NCBI GenBank assembly: GCA_040954595.2
Contig: CM082585.2
Span: 5,853,808-5,917,807, forward strand
Length of the DNA: 64,000 nt
Direction: 5' to 3'
From: Balanoglossus misakiensis
Lineage: Eukaryota > Animalia > Hemichordata
In this document: positions 13,725 through 23,999 of the stretch, one piece after another
Layout: every line of letters starts with the position of its first letter
Numbering within the stretch: position 1 is the stretch's first letter
Notes under the pieces: model-generated
Seen by the model: the letters and a program-made list of their open reading frames with translations, nothing else
The model's database searches: none
Told to the model about the DNA's origin: nothing
Made by a program: the position numbers and the translations under genes

Positions 13725-14461
13725 TTGACTAGAAAATATGTCGTACGAGGGCGCTCACTGCTTTCCCCAGCGTATACTCGTTCCCTTTCCAATGGGGAAG
13801 CCTTGCTATTCTCAGCTGTAGGGAGTGGTGTACATGTACATAATATGTGGAGAATTTGAATGTACTACAATCCCGGTAGTGTAGATAGCTGTTAATATTT
13901 GAGGTTGAAGAAGTAGTGAAACAAAAGGGAACAATTGGCAGTACAGCTTTAATACTATTATGTCGTGATATTTGGCGATTAGCCACGATATTTCTTTGAT
14001 GAACTAACTTTTTGCTAGAAGATGACATGTCTCTCTCTCTCTGACTGACTATGTCTTTCTGTCTCTTTCTTTCTCTCCCTCTCCCCCTCTCTCTCCCTCC
14101 CACTCCCTCCCTCTCTCCCTCCCACTCCCCCCTCTCTCTCCCTCCCACCCCCTCTTCCCCTCTCTCTCTCTCCCACCCCCTCTTCCCCTCTCTCACTCTC
14201 TCTTCTGCAGGAGATAGTCTTGAGTACCACAACAACCACTATTTCACAACCAGAGATCGGGACAATGACATAGATACGGAAAACAACTGTGCCAAATTGT
14301 ACACTGGGGCATGGTGGTACAGAAAGTGTCATATATCCAATTTGAATGGTCAGTACCTTGCTGAGAAGGAAGAGTACGGTACGGGGATAGTCTGGAGGGA
14401 ATGGAGAGGAGTATACTATTCTCTGAAGAGTACTGAGATGAAAATAAGACCTGCTCAGTAA
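12180..14461 (+). CDS. Secreted fibrinogen C-terminal domain protein (FReD-B)
   Basis: Exons 12180-12282, 13077-13219, 13433-13694, 14211-14461. Same exon sizes as FReD-A (103/143/262/251 nt), intact frame, canonical FReD motifs. Confidence 0.93.
14028..14205. repeat. Polypyrimidine (CT/CCCT) low-complexity tract in FReD-B intron 3
   Basis: Almost pure C/T run immediately before the exon 4 acceptor. Confidence 0.9.
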
Positions 14462-15629
14462 CGAATAAATTAGTCGAAAATGTCACAAATCGTATATTCA
14501 GATGTAGAATATGTTAATTTTACTGTATGTCGAAAGAAAGCACATATACAAATTATATATACATGTATAAGAAAAATTACCAAACAAGAGAAATGTCCTT
14601 CAAAATGTAGAAAAAAACTATTATATATGTGAAATAAAGTTAAGTAGCACAGGGATTCCTTTATTGCCATCGGTTTATTTCCAGACATGGATGCATGAAA
14701 GAGATCGAAACAATTTACTCGCATATCTCAGAAGTATTTAAGAGATATAGCATAATATTTTGATGTGCTATTAAGTGATTTATACAAGAATAACGTTTTA
14801 CTCCAGACTGATATTCACGCCCACCCTCACTGGCAGTGGTGATAGAAAGGTTTGGTGTTGTCCTAGCCAATCACATATCAGTGTCTACATGCATGCATTG
14901 TCGTCGTAATCATATTACTCCAGTAAGCATGGAAGGAAGATTCCGGGGGAGGGGTATTAGAAAGTGTATTAAAAATTTCAATTGCCAACTTATAGAGAAT
15001 GCGGCTCGCTCATATAAGAACACCGGAGACAAATGAAATGAACAACTCGAGTAGGCAGGCCCGTGGCAAACTTTTAACTCCTTTTCAAACCACGTGGTCC
15101 CATGAAAGCAAACATTCTGGCATGGTCTGCAGCTATTACCTAAGAACAAAGTGGAAAATAATGAACCGGAACACCTTCAATCCTCTTATTCGTCGGAGCG
15201 GATTATATTTAAACTATTCAATTACCTTAGGAAAGGATATATTTATTATACATACATTCTTCCCAACACATGGTTGTAATCTCAATTGATATGTTCTTTC
15301 TTAAAATAATGAATAGTGTTCCATCGGTTCCCACTAAGATAATTTCACCTGAACAAATGAACGTTTTATACCATTCTAAACTAAATCTGTGTTGCCTGGC
15401 TACGTTTTTCTGCCCAAAGTTATTTTTCCTGTGTTCAAAGTGGTATGACCGTCGGTGACAGACAAAAACATAATAGCCCTCAAAACTTTGAAAACAGAGA
15501 ATAAAACTAGATGCACTTGTTTGATATCGCGAGACTTGCCGACGTCGACCCAAGTCAGAGACGCTCCTCGAAAGTGTTGCACTGTGATAGAAAGGAAGGG
15601 GACGAAACTGAAGTTATTTCACCTCCGAG

Positions 15630-18600
15630 ATGAAAAGCAGTAAAGTAGCACCATTTAGGGATAAGGTAAGGGGAAATTACTTGAAACGTAGAATTGTAGC
15701 CGTTTACCATCTGGCTGTAATAACTGCATGATAAGAATGTTTGATATGTAGTTTTTCGCCATGGTAAACAAACAGCTGTCTTCGGATTTAGGACGACGTC
15801 GACATGATGGTAACTAGCTCCAAACTTGAGAAATTTCTTGTAACAATTGTGTAGTATTAATAAGGCAGTTTTCATCGTTCAGTCAAACAATTTCTGAAAG
15901 AATTGAATAGCTTACGTCAAGCTAATTCAGTCGGAGAAAAATAGTCATCACGAGTAATTTCAACCTTAAAGAGAATTTTGTTTGAAATGAAAAGCTTTTC
16001 ATGGTGTTTTACTGCTTGAAACATGCTAAAATACTTGTAAACTGTACTCAATCTCTACATCGTGTACAACGGACAAGAGTGAACATTCAGGGAATCAATT
16101 TATGGTCGCTACCCAGTTATTCAATGTTGAGACAACTTTTGTCTATATGTATACAGTGATGCATAATGTTTAGATTACACGGGGCTTGTAAGGAAATCTC
16201 CGAGTGTGGATTCCTTTCATGTTATAGCTGTCATGTTCATGTCTTGTTGCCACTGTTCAGGGAGACCTTGCTATTAACCAGAATGTTTATCAAATTAACT
16301 TGGAATGTGATGACTAATCGACGAATTGTTTACCGTGATGTACAATGTAATACCAAAGTGCCAAACATTTTGCTTTCAATTCTGTACATTGTAGCAGTTA
16401 GATTGTACGCCCATTTAAGAAAAGTCTTGCTAGAAAGTGTGTCATATGCGACCCATACCAACAGCCGCAGACTAGACGACGACCGCCTTTCAAACCAAGT
16501 GTTGCCGAGCGACACGCATAATCTCTCCCTCTCGCTCTCTTTTTTTTTTCTCTCTCTCTCTCTCTCTCTCCCCCTCTCTCTCTCTCCCTCCTTCTCTCCC
16601 TATTGTTATTGAAATGCTATTCCATGTGATTTATTATTCTACATGGTGTTTTGTATGGCTTCACTTTCGTGGTGGTGTTGCCATGGTGACCGTTACTGGG
16701 CTGCCTTGTATGATTGACACGGATGGAGGGGTTCCCCCATCCTCCCATTGGTGGGTTCTACACCAATCAGAAGTGCGTTCTGGGTCACGTGTTTAGCCCC
16801 AAGTTTCGGCTCTGTGCAACGTTTCCCGATTAGTCCGGTTTAATCCCTACCGGATAGCCAGCCCCGGGTCACCGATCGCGGGATCTAAGACGTGTTCGCC
16901 GTAGCAGTTCGGTGTGGGCCGATATCTTCGACGAGACGTTTGCTTTCCGGCGAGTTCCGACCGCCGTGTGTGGAGAGAGCTGGTCCGTCTGCGCTACCGG
17001 TTTTCAAAGGCGGGAACGTCCGGGCTTCCGTCACAATATATATATATTTGGTTTTCTTCACAGACCGATGTCAAGACGGGCCAGAAACGGCGGCGGAAGG
17101 TTATCATCGGGGTCTTACTCACCACAGGGCTGATACTCGCTGGTGGTGGTGCTGCGGTTGGGGTTTTTATTGGTATATATTCTTTTTTGTCCATCTCAAT
17201 CACGGTTTAATAGAGAACATCCATTTAATTTCTTCCATTTATCAAGTTTTCTTGCAGGCGGGTAAAAATTTATTGCTCTTCGAAATATCCAAACATCTTT
17301 AATCGCACGTTAACTTATAAATATACGTATATACTCATATTAACCTAGTTAGGCAATTTGAGTACATGCATATGTTGATTCCTTCTTAAGGTGAAATGTT
17401 CGGCCTTGGTGAAAAGGGACAGCCCGTTGGAAATCCTGAGACAACGCTCATGCCATTGCATACAACACAACCATCGGATCCAGGTAATTGATAACATAAT
17501 CTCCTTTTCTAATTAAACATACCAAAAGTATTACCATGGTCAAGACGATCAAAGTGTTTCAATAAATGTGCAGTACAAAATTTTACAATATTCTGTTGGA
17601 TTTTCAATTATTTGCGAGTTATAATTATATGTGTATAGTTGCTGTAAGTTGGCATCGATGGCAGATACGTGTGCGTATATAAATGGATTGGCTTCCATCT
17701 GCCCTTGGTCTTTTTGCTTCTTCTCAGTAGGCCAGTTTTAGCCACTGTTCCTTATCACACGATACTTGACATGTTAGTAACACCAATGGCTGCAATTTTG
17801 TAACAACAGCTATATAAACTACCCATCTCACGTTGACTTTGCTAACATTAATTATTAACCCTAAAATAGCCCAAAATGACGTGGTCAAATCTCTTTCTCT
17901 TTGAAGCATTGATCAGTGCGACTCCAACCCTCCGCGTCCACCCTGATTATATCCCGGACGTTGTGCAAGGTCGGCAGATTGACTTCCATTTGAACGTTGA
18001 ACTGCCGATTGTTTACGCCAGCCGAACAGTAGAGGGCACTGCAGCGGATTTGTTTTCAATCAACGCTTTCCTGGCTGTGTCTGACGTCAGCGGGGCTGGG
18101 GGTGACTTGGTTTCGTCGACAGCTTCCCAAGAGACTGCTCCCACGAATAGCTCTCTGGGTAATACAACAATGGCAACTGGGACTTCCAGTGGTGCAGACA
18201 AAACAACCGGCGTGCGTGTCAATACAACAGAAACGTCGGCGCTCGTAACACTGGGAGATGAGGGGGCAACGCAGACCCACAGGACAACAGCTGTTGTACC
18301 TGGACATGACGTCACACTTTCTAATCATATGGCTGTGCTGGTAGATGTTCAGGCCAACTTCGATCCTATACCGTGCAACCACTACAACTTCATTTGTGTT
18401 GAGATTTATCCAGTTGACACAGAAGTTTGGCAGTGGACAGGCGACGTGAAGAGAACTGCCTGTGTAAAGATAGGAGATTGTCTCTGTGAGTATATAAGTT
18501 CAATAATGATGATTAGGTCGTGGCTTTCTATCAAACATTAGATTGATGTCATGACATTTGTGGCGTTTTTGTACCGTATCAACACTTGCGTGACTCTATT

Positions 18601-21600
18601 TTACAGGTTAAGAAACACGTAAGCTATCAGTCAGAACATTTAATACTCATTACATGCAATGTACCGGCAAGAGAATCATGGATAACCCATTTCCAGGAAG
18701 TTTTCAATGCACGATGCCATGTTCATACATAATAGTTTTTCATCTTTTCTTCACAGACCCCATTGATCCAATTGCTATGCAAGTGTTTGCAGACATGAAC
18801 GTAACCATGGGAACATCACAGTTGTTATGTATTGGCGTTGAATTGTACCTCGGAAATGATACGGGAAACTACACAAGTATGGAGGATATCTTATTCGACG
18901 TTCAGCTCTACTTCTCCGCCAATGCAACAGGGCATCCACACTCGAAGAAAGTTTTAGCTGATCATATCTCGCCAACAATGGCCGTCATTCTTCCAAATTC
19001 CAACGTGAACATGGAAAACCTGATGGCAACCTACGACCTCCGTGATATGGGCTGTGCAACGTACCCGTATGTATGCGCCGATATTTCTCCTATGAAGGAC
19101 GCCCCCCTTTTGTGGCTCTACGATGACTGGTGTATCACAAACTGTGTTGGGGTGACGACTTGTACACGTGAGTTAGAATTAAAATCATGGTTTCTATCCG
19201 TAATCAGAGCTTCAGAGATGCAACTATTTCCGGGTAATTTTTCTCGTGCGTTTCCTTGTAGATACACAACTCGACACATGTAGCATTCTGCAGTGCATTT
19301 GTAGCAGATGCACATGTTTAAATTGATTGTCTATGGAACATGAAGCTGGCAGATATACGTTTACTGGATCATCAGATTTACGTCTAGCTTTCTTATTCCC
19401 TTCAGATCAAATCGACGAACTATTTCTCGATGTGAGTGTTAGTTCCAACAGCAATGTTGACCTCGTCATGGGTTCATCGAAACGCTTTTCCCTCGACGTT
19501 AGCATAGCGATTGGACCGGACACAGCACGGTTCTCCAGTGAAATTAACCATGTATTCGGCATGAATTTGAACCTGAAGACTACCGAGGAAGACCCAGCTC
19601 TTGTGACTTCTCCACCAACCAACGTCACTTCCGGTACCTTGTCTATCTCACCGAACATATCAATATCCATGTATAACGTTACTTTCATGGAAACAGATCT
19701 AGACTTGGTTGATATCGGATGTCACGACGTCAAGTTTATCTGCGTTGATGTATTCCCTGGTGGTAACTCCGGGTTTCCATGGAAATGGTCCGGAGGCGAA
19801 ATTCTTTCCGGTTGTCTGGCAGTGAACGGAACCTGTATCGGTAGGCTTAAAGAGATTCTTGCACTTTTTGCACATTTTTGTCTTTGTTTAATGGAAAATT
19901 TGAATTTTGGAATATGGAAGCTTTGAGTGATCGCAGTTGTTCTCCTGGTGGAATTTCTCTGTGTTAACTCCTATATTCCTTTCATCTAGTTCAAGTGGCC
20001 CCGGACACTCAGAGCCCATTGCAAGTTAGCGGAACGAGAGGGGGAGGGGAGAGAGAGAGAGGGGGGAGGGAGGGAGAGAGAGGAAGAGAGGGAGGGGGAG
20101 AGAGAGAGAGAAGCTGGTCAGTATTAATCTTCGTGCATTTATATACGGGGTCTTGTGGTCGAGGTTATGTTGCGTAGCGCCCGCCATTACCGTAAGCCGA
20201 GACCCGGGTCAGAACACATATTTTGTCATAAGCTTCTACCTCACGGAATAACAAATACTTGAGTTCTTATAAGTTTCGGAGCTAAAGATAAATGTGCATT
20301 GACATGTACGATTTCAATAAAGAGCGAAAGTGAAACTTTTCTATGGGATTCATAACATTATTCCTGCCGGGACATGCGCTACATACAGCTGTTAACGTTC
20401 TCTCAATTGCAATATGCCATGTCAAGATCTTTTTTTAGAATACTCAAACTCTTCCCTTGTTAATTCTGCCCCGGCCCTTGTCGAGTCACATAGCTGGATT
20501 CACGACCCTGTGTAACGCTGTCCAGAAAAAGCCCTACCGTCTATCGAATATTACGTTGTCGACGTTATCGATTCGCTTTATCTAAACGTCAATAATGATT
20601 TATAAATGATTTTTGCATTTCAGACCATCGGCAACCAGTGGATTGCTATGACATCTATCAGTGGAACCAAGGAACCCCAAGTGGCGTATACACTGTGCAA
20701 CCCATGGACGGTGGAACCCAATTCGATGTCTACTGTGATATGGAGACAGATAACGGAGGGTGGACGGTGTGTGGGAATATTATTTTGCAATGTTTGCACA
20801 TAGACCCTTCTCTCTATGTTGTATGCTTGGCATTGAATGTAAAACGTTCTGGAAGAAAAATTGTGAATTAAATCTGAATTCAACTAAATATGTCAAGCTA
20901 GTACGACGTGAGTAACGCAATAATCTATTTTTTGCCCCACCCCTTCTTTTAATATTAAAAGGTCTTTCAAAGAAGACGTGATGGCAGCTTAGATTTTTAC
21001 CTTTACTGGAACGACTACAAGAATGGCTTTGGGTTTCCTGCTGCCGAGTTCTGGCTAGGAAATGATAATCTGCATCGATTGACATATCAACGGAATTATG
21101 AACTCAGAATCGACATGGAAGACTTCGATGGCGAAACCAAATATGCGAGATATGATAAATTTGTCATTGGTGATGAATTCAGTAAATATAAGCTGACTCT
21201 TGGAGAATATAGCGGAGACGCAGGTACGTAGACAGTTGTCTGAGCATGCAAGCCATTAGCCACGATATTTCTTTGATGAGTTAACTTTTTGCTAGAAGAT
21301 GATTGAAAAAGAAATATAATTCAGAGCCACTGAACAGGATTTCTCTCTCTCTCTCCCTCCCACTCCCTCTTCCCCCTGTCTCTCTTCTGCAGGAGATAGT
21401 CTCACGTACCATAACGACCAGTATTTTTCAACCAGAGATCGGGACAATGAAGAGCATGAATCAGACCACTGTGCCCAAAAATACACCGGGGCATGGTGGT
21501 ACAATCATTGTCATCTATCCAATTTGAATGGTCAGTACCTTGGTGGAGAGACGGTAGAGTTCGCTACGGGGATCAATTGGCAATCGTGGAGAGGGCATTA

Positions 21601-21643
21601 CTACTCTTTGAAGAGTACCGAGATGAAAATAAGACCGGCTTAG
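15630..21643 (+). CDS. Type II transmembrane protein: short cytoplasmic tail, TM, stalk, three repeats of an unnamed Cys-containing domain, and a C-terminal fibrinogen domain (FReD-C; FIBCD1-like topology)
   Basis: Exons 15630-15665 ([12 protein letters not shown], strong AAG/GTAAGG donor), 17064-17172 (KRRRK then [27 protein letters not shown]), 17391-17483, 17907-18485, 18757-19167, 19406-19840 (last four all phase 1-1), then FReD exons 20624-20766, 20962-21223, 21393-21643. The frame is open throughout. The first exon and the 19840-20624 junction are inferred from phase compatibility. Confidence 0.82.
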
Positions 21644-22399
21644 TAACGAATTGAATTAGTCGAAAATGTCACAAATCATATATTCAGAGGTAGTAGACTA
21701 TATTAATTTTACTGTTTGTCGAAAGAAAGCACATATTAATTCAGAAATTATCTATACATGTATTATGAAAAATTACCAATCAGGAGAAATGTAGAAAAAA
21801 CTACTATATATGTGAAATAAAGTAAAGCTAAAGCAATGCAAATAGCATAACGATTTCCTTTTTTACCACGAGTTTATTTCCAGACCTGGACGCGTGAAAG
21901 AGAAACAATTTACTCGCATATCTCAGAAGTATTTATGAGACATAAAATATATGTTTGTGTGCGTGATTGCTTGATATTTTGACTTCGAGATTGATTATAT
22001 GGCGGTTGTGACATGTGGAGCAGGGTGCGCTTACTATTTACGAAATACTTGACAACACTTCCTGGTCTTTTAAGCTGAAAGTCCATACTTTCTTGACGGA
22101 CTTGACTTTTCATGACCCTACATCCTTGTACTTCCGTTAGTAAGAATCCATCAGACCTCTATAATTGCAGCTGTAGTCAATAAATTATGCACTAAATTAC
22201 ATAATTGACTCTTTTCAAGCAACATTTCCCACATTTCCTTCCTGGAATGTTGAATCTTGACATTCCCATACGAACTGAAGCACACAATGTACAAGGATGT
22301 AAGGTCAAACAGGGGTCACGAATGCGACCTATTGGAAGCTTCCCTGCCACTCATAAAGTAAACACACACAAACCTACTGAGGATGAATTCTTACAGACA

Positions 22400-23535
22400 G
22401 ACATTAAATCGGTTTTCAGGTGAACTTTAATCTACTGACACTAGTTTGAGACTTTTCAAAACTTGAAGAGAATAAAACACAATGAAAACATACTGGACAG
22501 CCTGTCATGTCATCATGTCAAATTGGGATACTAGGGAGGTTGAAAATTCAACAAAGCCTTGCGTATTCTTGTTGAACTTCACGAAAAAAATGAAAATCTA
22601 TAAAAATCAGAACAAAGTTCGTTTTCTGTTCATCTTAAGACGTCGAATAGCCAAACGCAATTCTGTAAACGCATAACCGGGTATTGAGGCAGAAAACTGA
22701 TTCACCAAGTTTCATTCGACTTCCAATGACAGAAATGGCTAACAATTCTGCCGTCGGGCACTCGGTGAGAATATACATAAACCATAAATGGTGACTGAGG
22801 AAATATCAGTTGAATGCAAAGACTTTTCCTGAAAACAAGGCAGTACAATTTGTGACTTGGAACAAAAAACCTTAACAGAACACAGGAATCTGCGTGGAGA
22901 TACAGACGCTTATACAAAAGAATACACATCAACTACAACTAGAAATGCACGTTGGGGGCTCCCTCTCTCTCTCACTCACACATACACAAGGATATACAAC
23001 AGATTCATACATAAATTCTGTCAAACACTGACATATTGCACGATGTATGGCTACTTATTATTCATAATGCATAAATTAAAAAAAAAAAAGGTAGATTGGT
23101 ACAACGGTCTATGTAGCCATTCAATGAACTGCCTTTGCCGCGGAATAGAAAACAACCCAGTCCTTGTTGTCATGGAGATAAGGCTTTGTTAATTCAGTGC
23201 TTGGTATGTACAATGGCTACTCGCACACTGCCCTTATACCACACCAATCCACACCAATCTACTGCCGTGTCTCTGATTTGGATAAGATGAGTTGCACATC
23301 TGGTGACCTCTAAGTGACCTACGCTGCTTGAGTAGAAGACGTCTAATAGAGACCGAGTTGTAGAAAAAGTGTACTGTGTCAGAGGTTGACGATATCACTA
23401 AAACAGCCAAATTCACAATCTGAATGCAACAGGGGTCTGCCCAGGTTGACTTGAGCACTTGCGACTCATTAATATTAATGTTCATTAATATTCATGAACA
23501 TTAATATTCATGCACATTGATATTCACGTCTGTTG
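22400..23535 (+). repeat. Counterpart of the 9217-10264 duplicated segment, between FReD-C and the 3' end of the Mtl-like gene
   Basis: Collinear near-identity with 9217-10264. Confidence 0.95.
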
Positions 23536-23999
23536 CTTATTATATTAAGTACAGGAACACTATCTCGGGTACTATTTTGGAGCAGAGCATAATTGCACCA
23601 AACCTATACCATGAAGTACATCTTTAAATATGTTAAAAATTAAAGGGTCTGAATTTTTAGTGTGATGAAAACACACTCATTACTTTACTGATGGCACCAT
23701 TCATTGAATTGGGTCGAATAGTACCTACTAGTTATGGTCAATACTCATGCAATATCCCTTGGCAGACGATACTATCGACTTTGAACTATTAGGGTAAGGA
23801 GGAGGGGGGGGGGGGTGAATGAATTTCAATTTTTTGAACTCGTGTGACAATGTGGGACAGGTTCTGGCATGTACATAGAAAAATTCACATCAAATTGTAT
23901 ACAATGTTGACTACAACTGTAACTTATCAGATATCACAGACTCCCATAGCACTTGATGGCACTGCAATTATTAAGTAATTCTGTGTCATTCTTTTGGCA

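Noticed and set aside
13729-14332. Arg/Glu/Gly-rich minus-strand ORFs
   Set aside because: Translation artefacts of the CT low-complexity tract.
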